Of a stretch of 36,868 bases of DNA, positions 18,682 to 26,558 are shown in pieces (position 1 is the stretch's first letter; each line of letters starts with the position of its first letter). Under the pieces are notes generated by a model. It was not told where the DNA came from, did no database searches, and was given only the letters and a program-made list of their open reading frames with translations. A program made the position numbers and the translations under genes. This DNA is from a virus (taxonomy: Duplodnaviria > Caudoviricetes): positions 1-36,868 of IMG/VR virus record IMGVR_UViG_3300033067_000795, one strand, 5' to 3'.

Positions 18682-18710
18682 CAGGCGCGCACAATTTTTG
18701 AGGAGACACC

Positions 18711-19094
18711 GTGGATGCAACGGGAATAGGCGCTGTCGCCGATCTGGCCTCGACCGTGATCAGCAGGCTGTGGCCGGACAAAACTGAGCAGGAGCGCGCG
18801 CAGCTGGCGGCAGCCCTGACTATCGTGCAGGGTCAGCTCGATGCCAATCGCGTCGAGGCGGCTAGCCCCAGCGCGTTCACCAGCGGCTGGAGACCAGGCG
18901 TGGGGTGGGTCTGCGTGGCAGCGCTGGCGATGCAATACGTCGCGCGCCCGCTGGTGGCCTGGGTTGGGCTGGTGACGGGGCATCCACTGCCAGAGCTGCC
19001 TGGGATCGATGGCAGTCTGTGGGAGCTGATGCTGGGGATGTTGGGTTTGGGGGGGCTGAGGAGCTTCGAGAAGGTGAAGGGGGTGTCGCGGTAG
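18711..19094 (+). CDS. Holin, 3TM (GTA-type) family
   Basis: Q...N..EA.S.S.F.SGWRPGVGWVC and L.ELMLGMLGLGGLRSFEK motifs; AGGAG RBS before GTG. Confidence 0.85.
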   Translation: MDATGIGAVADLASTVISRLWPDKTEQERAQLAAALTIVQGQLDANRVEAASPSAFTSGWRPGVGWVCVAALAMQYVARPLVAWVGLVTGHPLPELPGIDGSLWELMLGMLGLGGLRSFEKVKGVSR

Positions 19095-19099
19095 TGAAC

Positions 19100-19350
19100 C
19101 TTCCCCCTAGATTCCCCCATAAATCACGCAAACCGTTGATGTAAAATCACTTTAGATGCACCCCCCGCGCACCAACGGTTAAAAACCGTCAAAACGGATT
19201 GAAGCCGACACAACACGGCAAAGAAGCCGGGTTCCCTCTGTGGAGCCGGCTTTTTTCTTGCGCGATTGACCACACACAACACGACGCAAGAACACCGAAA
19301 CACACCTAACCTTACAATCGATTCCCCCACACTTCCCCCATCGTGGGGGC
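19100..19350. other. attP region: tRNA-3'-end-like core CCCCGCGCACCA (19163-19174), TTCCCCC arm-type repeats, IHF-like site
   Basis: TTCCCCC at about 19101, 19112, 19322 and 19333 plus inverted TGGGGG near 19344; CATCAACGGTTTG on minus near 19129-19141; AT-rich; adjacent to integrase. Confidence 0.75.
19220..19259 (+). terminator. Rho-independent terminator (probably bidirectional) after the att core
   Basis: AAGAAGCCGG...CCGGCTTTTTTCTT. Confidence 0.75.
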
Positions 19351-19364
19351 AGCAGGAGGATCAG

Positions 19365-20375
19365 GTGGCGTACTTCGAGAAAAGGCCGAGCGGCTGGCGT
19401 GCTCAGATCGACCGCAAGGGTGTGCGGATGTCGCAGGTGTTCAAGACCAAGGCGGCTGCTGTTGCCTGGGCGGCCGAGAACGAGGCGCGCATCCTGCGCG
19501 ACGCCTCCGGCGCCTACCCCAACAAAACGCTTTCCGATGCTCTGGACCGCTACGAGCGCGAGGTCAGTTCGACCAAGCGCGGCCATCACGCCGAGCTGCT
19601 GCGCTTCAACGCGCTGCGGCGCAACTTTCCCGAGCTGTGCGCCAAGGTGCTGCACCAGATCGCGCCAGCCGACATCGGCGCCTGGCGCGATGCTCGGCGC
19701 CTGAAGGTCAGCGACTCATCTGTCGTAAGGGAAGCGGCACCGCTGAAAAATTTGTGGAACGTGGCGCGGGAGGAGTGGGGGTGGTGTGGGGAGTCGCCCT
19801 GGAAGAAGGCAAAGCTGCCGCGCAAGGCGCATGCCCGGACCCGGCGCACATCCTGGCGCGAGGTCAGGCGGCTGCTGCGGGCGTTTGGCTACACGACGGG
19901 CCTGGCGCCCGTCACGCCACAGCAGGAGGTGGCGTATGCCTATCTGATCGCGCACCATACCGCCATGAGGGCCGGCGAAGTGCGGAGCCTGTCCAGGTCT
20001 TCCGTGGATCTGGGCAAGCGGGTGGCACGGCTGGACTATCACAAGACCTTGCACGAGGTCGGTGTGCGCCATGTGCCGTTCACGCGCAAGGCCGCGCGCG
20101 TGCTGGCGGTGCTGGATTCCGCTGCGGCAGCGGCCGGCAGGGATGGGTACCTCTCCATCAGTGCGCAGTCGCTTGATGTGCTGTTCCGGCGTGTGCGGGA
20201 TCGACTGCTGATGGATGATCTGCATTTTCACGACAGCCGGGCCGACGCCCTGACCCGGCTGTCCAGACGGATGGATGTGCTGCGGCTGTCGAAGATCAGT
20301 GGCCACAAGGACCTGAACCAGCTGCTCGAGGCCTACTATCGCGAGAGCGCTGCCGACGTCGCTGCGACTATCTAG
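19365..20375 (+). CDS. int: Tyrosine recombinase (phage integrase)
   Basis: TAMRAGE, HDSRAD (HxxR), SGHKD and YY catalytic motifs; AGGAGG RBS before GTG 19365; N-terminal arm-binding WRAQI. Confidence 0.93.
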   Translation: MAYFEKRPSGWRAQIDRKGVRMSQVFKTKAAAVAWAAENEARILRDASGAYPNKTLSDALDRYEREVSSTKRGHHAELLRFNALRRNFPELCAKVLHQIAPADIGAWRDARRLKVSDSSVVREAAPLKNLWNVAREEWGWCGESPWKKAKLPRKAHARTRRTSWREVRRLLRAFGYTTGLAPVTPQQEVAYAYLIAHHTAMRAGEVRSLSRSSVDLGKRVARLDYHKTLHEVGVRHVPFTRKAARVLAVLDSAAAAAGRDGYLSISAQSLDVLFRRVRDRLLMDDLHFHDSRADALTRLSRRMDVLRLSKISGHKDLNQLLEAYYRESAADVAATI

Positions 20376-20550
20376 CAAGCCCGGCCCAGCGCATCACGTC
20401 CGATCTGCGCCAGCGGCGAAGCCGGCGCGAGACGTCCATCGCAGGCTTTGGAAAGTCGGCGCGCTTGACGATGCGGGCGGTGCAATGCTCGCGGGTGACG
20501 CCGAGCAGTTTGGCAATGTCGGCGGTATCAATGAGGTCTGGCGTGTTCAT
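20368..20550 (-). CDS. AlpA-like excisionase/recombination directionality factor
   Basis: IDTADIAKLLGVT...DFPKP......RWRRSDV; convergent with int. Confidence 0.82.
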   Translation of the reverse strand: MNTPDLIDTADIAKLLGVTREHCTARIVKRADFPKPAMDVSRRLRRWRRSDVMRWAGLAR

Positions 20551-20807
20551 GTTGACTGCTGGATTTTCTGTGTCTGATCGGCGACATACCGCTCGCCAGA
20601 TCCGGCGTGCATGCAGCCGGCGCAGGCGCTGTCGGATAGGCTGCGGTCGTATCGGCATTCGCGCGACATGCGAAACGGCCAGGACACCGGGCCATTTCTG
20701 CCCTGGACGGTCACGATCTCCAGGGATGGCGCACGGTTATGGCAGCCGTAGCGGTGTTCGGCATCGCGCACGCCGTGCGGGTGGATGGCGTGGTCGGCTA
20801 CCGGCAT
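20547..20807 (-). CDS. Hypothetical Cys-rich phage protein
   Basis: YGCHNR, MSRECRYD, CAGC; GGAGG RBS; overlaps neighbours. Confidence 0.65.
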   Translation of the reverse strand: MPVADHAIHPHGVRDAEHRYGCHNRAPSLEIVTVQGRNGPVSWPFRMSRECRYDRSLSDSACAGCMHAGSGERYVADQTQKIQQST

Positions 20808-21046
20808 GCGGCCTCCTGTGCGTCCAGGTAGAGCCGGACCATGGTCGTGCGGATCTTGTCGCGCCCGGAGGATTTCTGCTGCCGCTTGTAGCGGCGCTTG
20901 GCCGCAGCGTAGGCGCTGTTGAGCTCGCGTGAGCGATCCCGCAGCATACCGATCATGGCCTTGTCCTTGCTGCGGTATGCCGCCGCGAGGTTGCTGTTCG
21001 CCTGGTTGGCGGCGTGGTATAGGTGGGCTAACTGTTCGTCGGTCAT
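20798..21046 (-). CDS. Hypothetical protein
   Basis: AAGGAG RBS, ATGA coupling (MTDEQLAHLY...). Confidence 0.6.
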   Translation of the reverse strand: MTDEQLAHLYHAANQANSNLAAAYRSKDKAMIGMLRDRSRELNSAYAAAKRRYKRQQKSSGRDKIRTTMVRLYLDAQEAACR

Positions 21047-21270
21047 TGATCGCTCCTTGCGCGGATGGCTGCAGAACACCAGGTGGCCACAACATCTTCT
21101 CCGCCGTACTCGACATCGATGTCGTCGCAAACCTTGGCGCACGCCTCGCGCTCGGCTTTGACGCCAGCCTGCCACCCCTCCCATGCCCAGAAGGCCGGGG
21201 AATCCTCCCTGTACGGGTTGGTCTGCGTGAGTCGGTCGTCGTCCCACCATTTGTTGAACTCTGATGTCAT
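21043..21270 (-). CDS. Hypothetical protein of the AEREACA...AAIRAR type
   Basis: WEGWQAG.KAEREACAKVCD...AAIRARS; AAGGAG RBS. Confidence 0.7.
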   Translation of the reverse strand: MTSEFNKWWDDDRLTQTNPYREDSPAFWAWEGWQAGVKAEREACAKVCDDIDVEYGGEDVVATWCSAAIRARSDQ

Positions 21271-21296
21271 GTGTTGCTCCTTGCGCGGATGGCTGC
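21052..21296. repeat. 21-bp direct repeat GCTCCTTGCGCGGATGGCTGC at 21052-21072 and 21276-21296
   Basis: Exact copies at the 3' ends of two adjacent paralogous genes; contains the RBS of the next gene. Confidence 0.85.
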
Positions 21297-21566
21297 GGCG
21301 CAGTAATTCCAATTGCTCTTCTGTTTTTCGCACAGCGTCGCGCACTGCTCGCGCTCTTCCTCGACTGCCTTTCGCATGACTGCAAGGTAGTGTTCAGCGC
21401 ACGCCTCACGCTCGGCAGCAGCTACCAGAGCGGCGAAGCGTGTCACTTGTTCGGTAGAGTCGCACCCGGTAATGGCTGCTGACCCGATGCGGATCTCTCC
21501 TTTGCGTGCATGTACTTCTATGCCGGCATCACGTGCCATGCGGATGATGTCTTCGCGGTCGATCAT
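21267..21566 (-). CDS. Hypothetical protein of the REDIIRMAR...AEREACA...AAAIRAR type
   Basis: Motifs as named; GGAGG RBS; ATGA coupling. Confidence 0.72.
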   Translation of the reverse strand: MIDREDIIRMARDAGIEVHARKGEIRIGSAAITGCDSTEQVTRFAALVAAAEREACAEHYLAVMRKAVEEEREQCATLCEKQKSNWNYCAAAIRARSNT

Positions 21567-21775
21567 TTCTCACCTCCGTTGTGCTGTGCAGTTGCGTCGC
21601 GGATCATCTGTGCCACCTTTTGCTGGGAGCATCCGACGCTAATGCGCCGCTTACTGGTCAGCACCAGGACGCAATGCTCGTTGTAGTAGCTGTCGCGCTC
21701 GATGGTTTCGATGTGCTCTGCCATCACGGTCTGTGGCCAACCCCCGACGCTGGCTGGGAATTCAATCGGAGTCAT
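21563..21775 (-). CDS. Hypothetical protein
   Basis: GGAGGTGAGG RBS; ATGA overlaps on both sides. Confidence 0.65.
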   Translation of the reverse strand: MTPIEFPASVGGWPQTVMAEHIETIERDSYYNEHCVLVLTSKRRISVGCSQQKVAQMIRDATAQHNGGEK

Positions 21776-22140
21776 GCCTCACCTCCGATGCCGTGCATAG
21801 CCTCGATGGCGCGGGCGAATCCGTGGAATCCGTCATCACCCCGGCCCCAGGCCAGCAGCAGAGCGTTGATCTGCTCCTCCGTCAGCGGCTGCTGCGCTGG
21901 CTGTGGGTTGGCATAGAGCAGGTTGCGACCGATAGGCAGATCCACCCTCCAATCGTCAATCTCCCGCTCTCCGGCTGGAGTCACATAAATCGATGCCACT
22001 GGCTCGGACTGCTGCCAGGCATCAATGGCTTGGCGCAGGGCTTGAAGTGCCAAGAACCGTTCGGTGTTCAGCGGACCACTGTCCAAAGCTTCCAGCGCCT
22101 GCTCCAGCACGGAGCGTGGCAGGGTGATGGTGTTGGTCAT
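21772..22140 (-). CDS. Hypothetical phage protein (QALEAL...EPVA...PLT.EQI...FARAIEA.HGI type)
   Basis: Recurrent phage early-gene motifs; coupled start/stop. Confidence 0.72.
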   Translation of the reverse strand: MTNTITLPRSVLEQALEALDSGPLNTERFLALQALRQAIDAWQQSEPVASIYVTPAGEREIDDWRVDLPIGRNLLYANPQPAQQPLTEEQINALLLAWGRGDDGFHGFARAIEAMHGIGGEA

Positions 22141-22367
22141 TTCGTGGGCCTCTCGTTTTTAAGTCCAAACAGATCAAACAGATCGCACGCGGCAATCTGA
22201 GTGTGGTAGCGGTTCTTGGCGGCGTGCAGACGGTGGACTGCAGCGCGCACATTCACACGCTCAGCACTCAGATTCCTAATGCACTCAAGTGCGTCTTGTA
22301 GACGTTCCTGCAATTCCTTGATCTTGTCGCAGTCCTCGTCGGACGCGGCTGCTGATAGTGCGCTCAT
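22137..22367 (-). CDS. Hypothetical protein
   Basis: GGAG RBS; coupled to downstream gene. Confidence 0.6.
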   Translation of the reverse strand: MSALSAAASDEDCDKIKELQERLQDALECIRNLSAERVNVRAAVHRLHAAKNRYHTQIAACDLFDLFGLKNERPTK

Positions 22368-22382
22368 TCTGAACTCCGAATG

Positions 22383-22520
22383 TCAATGAAGAAGAAAAAG
22401 CAACGCGAAAACTATGCAGGCTATAGATGCGTAGCGGGCCGTTGGCCAGTCAAGGTGCGGAGCCACAAGCACCATTGCCATGACTAGAAATCCGGTGATG
22501 ATGGTTGGACAATGGCTCAT
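22383..22520 (-). CDS. Small two-TM membrane protein (45 aa)
   Basis: MSHCPTIITGFLVMAMVLVAPHLDWPTARYASIACIVFALLFLLH; GGAG RBS; ATGA overlap. Confidence 0.55.
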   Translation of the reverse strand: MSHCPTIITGFLVMAMVLVAPHLDWPTARYASIACIVFALLFLLH

Positions 22521-22684
22521 TTCGTTTCTCCAATAGCTGCCGGAATGCAATACATGCGACGGATTGAAATCCATGAATCGTCTTTTGCAATCTTGGACTC
22601 GCACGCGGTTTTGGTTGGATATAGTTCAGCGTACTGAGGTACGCATGCTCGATAGCACTGCATAACTAGAAGCGCCCAATACAT
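22517..22684 (-). CDS. Small Cys-containing, possibly exported protein (55 aa; not in the ORF track)
   Basis: MYWALLVMQCYRACVPQYAELYPTKTACESKIAKDDSWISIRRMYCIPAAIGETK; AAGGAG RBS; fills the gap with coupled ends. Confidence 0.55.
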   Translation of the reverse strand: MYWALLVMQCYRACVPQYAELYPTKTACESKIAKDDSWISIRRMYCIPAAIGETK

Positions 22685-22989
22685 CATTTCACTCCTTGTG
22701 TTGCCTTGGCGATGGCGGCGCGTAGACGATGCACGATGCCGATCGGGACGTCGTACTCACTCCAGTAGTCGGCCGACTCCTCCAGTTCTTGGCAGATGGA
22801 CAGCAAATCAGGCGCGGCGGCGATCAGGCGGGCGTTGGCAATTTGCTCGCACTCCTCAATGCTGGACCATTCCAGAATGCAATCGGCAGCCGCACAGCCA
22901 TCACGTGTCATTACATGGCCCAAGTATTCGGGGTGCAGGTCATCGTCTGGATGAATGACCCACGGCCCAGTCGTGTGCTTCGCGCTCAT
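22684..22989 (-). CDS. Hypothetical phage protein (KHT.GPW...ANARLIAAAPDLL type)
   Basis: Recurrent phage family motif; GGAGG RBS. Confidence 0.78.
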   Translation of the reverse strand: MSAKHTTGPWVIHPDDDLHPEYLGHVMTRDGCAAADCILEWSSIEECEQIANARLIAAAPDLLSICQELEESADYWSEYDVPIGIVHRLRAAIAKATQGVK

Positions 22990-23210
22990 GCTGCCTCCCG
23001 TGTTGCTTTTTCGATAGCCATGCGAGCGATGGACAGCGCGTCATTTGGCTGCTCCAGTCCGTCATGGAATCCTCGGCACTCCCCCCAGTGGAAGTGCGCC
23101 AGCGACTGCGCTGTGATGCGCAGCGCCTCCAGCAGCTCGTCACGTTGCGCACGCAGTCCGTCGATCATGTCGCCGTCCTCTTCGTCGGCCGCTTGTGCAA
23201 ATGCACTCAT
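22986..23210 (-). CDS. Hypothetical protein (QRDELLEAL...AR.AIEKAT)
   Basis: GGAGG RBS; coupled ends. Confidence 0.65.
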   Translation of the reverse strand: MSAFAQAADEEDGDMIDGLRAQRDELLEALRITAQSLAHFHWGECRGFHDGLEQPNDALSIARMAIEKATREAA

Positions 23211-23428
23211 GTCTGCCTCCACAGCAGCACCGTCAGCGCGGTGACTGCGCCGGTGGCCACCATGATGGCTGCCGCGTAGCCAGCAGCCGACGCCAGGCTG
23301 GAGAGCCTGGTGCGCCAGGTGGTTTGTGACGCCAGATCCGGCCACACAGGCAGCTCGGCCGGAAGGGTGGCCGGGTAGGCGCGCTGCCGGCGCGCGGCGC
23401 GGTTTTCCAATTCGTTGCAGCGGTTCAT
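23207..23428 (-). CDS. Hypothetical protein with C-terminal TM segment
   Basis: GAGGA RBS; hydrophobic C-terminus. Confidence 0.6.
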   Translation of the reverse strand: MNRCNELENRAARRQRAYPATLPAELPVWPDLASQTTWRTRLSSLASAAGYAAAIMVATGAVTALTVLLWRQT

Positions 23429-23997
23429 GCGGTGGTCCTCAGGTCAACGATTTCGACATCGTGCGGGCGCCTCCGGCCCCGGAAAATGTCGCTGATGCGC
23501 TTCTCGGTCAGCCGGTGCGCGCGGATGATGGTGCGCGCGGGCAGCACGTCCAGCAGGTCGCGGTAATCCTCCAGCACCGATCGAACGGCCTGGATGCCCG
23601 CCGCGTCGAGCCGGATCTGCCCGCCATGCAAACGGCGATTGCCCGCAGATGCCATTGCGTACACCGCGTCCATCAGCAGCCGGCTGTCGTCTCGGATCTG
23701 CACCCAGGCGCCATCGCAGTCACGCCACCAACCTGACGAAACCGCCCCTGTGCCGTCGGCACGCTGCTCGCCTTCGCGCGTCAGCGTCTCCATCAGGTTG
23801 ACGGCGTCGCTGCATACGCGCCAGTCGTCGGTGCTGGGCTCTGGTGCGGTCTCGATCTGGCGCAGCCCTTGCCACATGCGCGTCAGCTGGTGTCGGCGCT
23901 TTTCAGCGCCAAGCGGCTCGGTCGGGCTGGCCATCAGCTCATCGATCGGGCTATAGGTGCGGATCACGGTGATCTGCCGTCGGCGCTTGCGGGTCAT
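23425..23997 (-). CDS. Conserved hypothetical phage protein
   Basis: DELMASPT.P, DDWRV.SDAVNLMETL, IRLD..GIQAVR; coupled ends. Confidence 0.72.
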   Translation of the reverse strand: MTRKRRRQITVIRTYSPIDELMASPTEPLGAEKRRHQLTRMWQGLRQIETAPEPSTDDWRVCSDAVNLMETLTREGEQRADGTGAVSSGWWRDCDGAWVQIRDDSRLLMDAVYAMASAGNRRLHGGQIRLDAAGIQAVRSVLEDYRDLLDVLPARTIIRAHRLTEKRISDIFRGRRRPHDVEIVDLRTTA

Positions 23998-24311
23998 GCC
24001 TCGTCCTCATCGTCCATGCGGTGCACGATGGCCCCGCTGTTGAGTTGCATCACCGTGCCGCTGGCAATGCGGCGCTTGCTGGTCACCCGTCCTGGCGCGG
24101 CGCAGTCGTCAATGAAGCTGCTGATCTTTTCGCCCTCCCCAACCTCAAACTGCTTGCGGTACTCCACCTCGACCCGTGCGGTCTCCACCGTCACGGCGCC
24201 CAGCTGGCTGACCGCGCGCGCTTGGTCTGGGGTCAGGTGACCGCTGCGCACGTCGCGAATCGTGTCGAGCAGCGCGCGGCGCAGCTCGGAAATGTGGGTT
24301 GGCTGTGTCAT
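23994..24311 (-). CDS. Hypothetical protein, typical HNH-gene partner (ARAV.QL...V.TARVEVEY)
   Basis: Motif and position immediately downstream of the HNH gene; GAGG RBS. Confidence 0.7.
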   Translation of the reverse strand: MTQPTHISELRRALLDTIRDVRSGHLTPDQARAVSQLGAVTVETARVEVEYRKQFEVGEGEKISSFIDDCAAPGRVTSKRRIASGTVMQLNSGAIVHRMDDEDEA

Positions 24312-24964
24312 GGCGTTGCCTCGTTCTGTTCTCTTTCGATCCGGTTGATCTGCCGGTTCAGCGCGCCGCGCAGCTGCACCAGTCGCGCCAGCTCGGGCGG
24401 CATGCGCGACCAAGTGCTGTTGCGGCGCATCGACTCGGCGCGAGTGATGCACTCGATCCGGTCCAGGGTGATCTGCTCCAGCTCGGAGGTGAATTGACCG
24501 GGCTTGAACACCACGATGTGACCGGGTGGCAGCGGACCGTGGTGCTCGACCCAGACCAGCTCGGCCACCGTGCGCCAGCGCTTGTTCGGGCCGCCTGGGT
24601 CGTCGCCGATCTTGCGTTGCAGGTGGCCGCCCCTGTTCACGCGAAGACTGCCGATCGGCACCCAGTTGGGCGGCTTCTGGCCGGGCCTGAACTGTGTTTC
24701 GGCGCAGCGCCCTCCAGGCTGGTAGCGCTGCCCGGTGTTCCATGGCACCAGCCCGGGCGCGAACTGGGTGCTGTGCGCGGCCTTGTAGGCGCTCGACTTG
24801 CGCAGCCCGTGCTTGACTGCTGCGTTCGAGATTGCCGCTTCGGTGCGGCCGAGCACCGCCGCCAGCTCGGAGTTGTGCGTGTTCGGGTAGAGCGCCCGGA
24901 AGGCCGCCAGCTCGTCATCCGTCCAGGGCCTGCCGCCAGGGTAGTTGTAGTTTTTTCGGGCCAT
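24308..24964 (-). CDS. HNH endonuclease-family protein
   Basis: WTDDE...YP, F.PG..PWN.G, TQF.PG..PPNW.PIGS, VW.EHHGP.PPGH.VVF, ITRAE.MRRN; some catalytic residues look degenerate. Confidence 0.8.
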   Translation of the reverse strand: MARKNYNYPGGRPWTDDELAAFRALYPNTHNSELAAVLGRTEAAISNAAVKHGLRKSSAYKAAHSTQFAPGLVPWNTGQRYQPGGRCAETQFRPGQKPPNWVPIGSLRVNRGGHLQRKIGDDPGGPNKRWRTVAELVWVEHHGPLPPGHIVVFKPGQFTSELEQITLDRIECITRAESMRRNSTWSRMPPELARLVQLRGALNRQINRIEREQNEATP

Positions 24965-24966
24965 GG

Positions 24967-25482
24967 TCAGACCTCGCTCGATGCACCGCTAATGCCCATC
25001 GGCCTTCGATGCGCCACAAAACGATCGCCGCGTCGCGACAGAATCAGCAGATGGTCCTGACAGCCTGGCCGCTGCACCGATTGACTCCAGTCAGTGCCCC
25101 TCCAATGGCTTCCGCGCAGGCGGAGCGCAGATTGGACGTGCTGCACCGTGACGGCATCCGGCCATGTCACGCTGGCCGTCTTGGCGAGTGACCTGGATTT
25201 TTTTGCCTTGGGCGCCGGCAGTTCGGAGGCGGTCAGGATCTGCATGCTGACGCTCAGCGCGCCATTTGGCGCCAGGCTCTGGTAGAGCGGGTATCGGATC
25301 GTGCCATGGCGGATCAACTGGCCCGTCTTGACCAAATGCTTGAGCGAGTCGCGCACCTGCTGCCGACTGAAACCGGGCACCTTGCCGCAGATGAAGTCCA
25401 GGCTCATGCCACGCCCGCGTCGGCTCGATACCAGGTGATGCACCTGGTCGCGCAGGGTGACAGTTTTTGGCTGGTAGCTCAC
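24967..25482 (-). CDS. Hypothetical protein with N-terminal winged-helix-like region
   Basis: SRQQVRDSLKHLVKTGQL; RPG..DHL...SRRG C-terminal motif. Confidence 0.6.
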   Translation of the reverse strand: MSYQPKTVTLRDQVHHLVSSRRGRGMSLDFICGKVPGFSRQQVRDSLKHLVKTGQLIRHGTIRYPLYQSLAPNGALSVSMQILTASELPAPKAKKSRSLAKTASVTWPDAVTVQHVQSALRLRGSHWRGTDWSQSVQRPGCQDHLLILSRRGDRFVAHRRPMGISGASSEV

Positions 25483-26093
25483 GACATCACTCCCCGCTCG
25501 TAGTTGAGCCGGGCCAGCTCGGCACCGACCAGGGTGCGCAGTTGCTCGAACGTGCCGCTGTTGTCGATCACGCGGTCGGACCTGATCGCGGCCACGCCCG
25601 TCTCGCTGACATGCTCGCGCACCGGCGCCACGCCCGGGCGCTTGATGCGCCAGATCACGCCGCCCCGGCTGCGCAGCCAGTCGGACTCGACCGTGAATCT
25701 GACGTCAGGGATCACGAAGCGCGTCAGCCCCTGCTCGCGATAGATCTGCAGGCGCTTGTCCAGCACCCTGATCCACACGTCGCGCCCCAGGCACTGCTGG
25801 CCCCACTCGGTGCCCAGCGTCTGCGCCAGGTGGCGGTACGACGCGCCGAGCTCGGGGATGACGGTCTCCTTCAGCTCGCGGTAGAACAGGTAGCGCTCCG
25901 GGTTCTGCACACCGGCATGCAGCAGCAGGTCCCAGCACATGGAGCGGATCGGATCGGCAAACGCGGTGCAGGCCGACTGGATGCCGGCCTGTTCCCAGAG
26001 GCTTTGCAGGATGCCGGCCACGGTGTCTTTTCCGCTGCCGGCTACGCCGGTCAAACCGATGAGGAGTGCAGGCTGTTGAATGGTGTTTGTCAT
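25479..26093 (-). CDS. Deoxynucleoside monophosphate kinase
   Basis: IGLTGVAGSGKDT P-loop, FADPIR, R.LAQTLGTEWG, DVRF..E, H.SE. Confidence 0.92.
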   Translation of the reverse strand: MTNTIQQPALLIGLTGVAGSGKDTVAGILQSLWEQAGIQSACTAFADPIRSMCWDLLLHAGVQNPERYLFYRELKETVIPELGASYRHLAQTLGTEWGQQCLGRDVWIRVLDKRLQIYREQGLTRFVIPDVRFTVESDWLRSRGGVIWRIKRPGVAPVREHVSETGVAAIRSDRVIDNSGTFEQLRTLVGAELARLNYERGVMS

Positions 26094-26107
26094 GGTGGTG
26101 GGGCGTG

Positions 26108-26131
26108 AAAAAGCCCGCTCTTTGGCGGGCT
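26108..26131 (-). terminator. Rho-independent terminator (leftward)
   Basis: AGCCCGCCAAAGAGCGGGCTTTTT on minus strand. Confidence 0.7.
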
Positions 26132-26156
26132 GGTGATGCTTTGTAGAGAGCTGGCT

Positions 26157-26363
26157 TCAGGCGCCCGTCTTGAATCGTTCCCATGCGACGATGACCTTTC
26201 GCGCCATGCCGAACTGGGCGCCGCTCGGGTACGGATTCAGGCCAGATTGGGTAAATTCGTCGATCCTCTGGCGCCACAGCAGCGACACCTCGTGTTCCTG
26301 GCACTCGTCTGCCGTGACAAAAATGGCGCCGTCCGACGCCTTGAATGCGGTAATCTGTTCCAT
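26157..26363 (-). CDS. Hypothetical protein
   Basis: MEQITAFKASDG.IF.T..EC..HE phage motif. Confidence 0.7.
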   Translation of the reverse strand: MEQITAFKASDGAIFVTADECQEHEVSLLWRQRIDEFTQSGLNPYPSGAQFGMARKVIVAWERFKTGA

Positions 26364-26387
26364 TCGTGATTTCTTCCGTGATGGCCT

Positions 26388-26558
26388 TCAGGCCTTGTGG
26401 TGCGCAAACTTCCTCGCATGCACCCGCAGCACGACCCCCCAATGCGGGTGACCGAGCGCCTCGCGCAGTGACATCGGCAGCAGCCGGGCGTCGCGCGCGG
26501 CCAGGTCGGCAAATGCCAGCCGCAGCGCGTAATCACGGGTGGTGGCCGGCGGCTTCAT
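26388..26558 (-). CDS. Small hypothetical protein (56 aa; not in the ORF track)
   Basis: MKPPATTRDYALRLAFADL...; ATGA overlap with upstream gene. Confidence 0.5.
   Translation of the reverse strand: MKPPATTRDYALRLAFADLAARDARLLPMSLREALGHPHWGVVLRVHARKFAHHKA

Noticed and set aside
18600-18710. Solitary CRISPR repeat (RNA anti-CRISPR) beside the acr operon
   Set aside because: No match seen to type I-E, I-F or I-C repeat consensus; the palindromes fit an operator and a UTR hairpin
19161-19174. tRNA gene
   Set aside because: Only the acceptor 3' end (..GCGCACCA) is present, with no T-arm or cloverleaf; treated as att core
19365-20375. Rci-like shufflon invertase acting on the tail fibre
   Set aside because: No inverted repeat cassettes or alternative fibre C-termini; the adjacent attP and Xis explain it as the integrase
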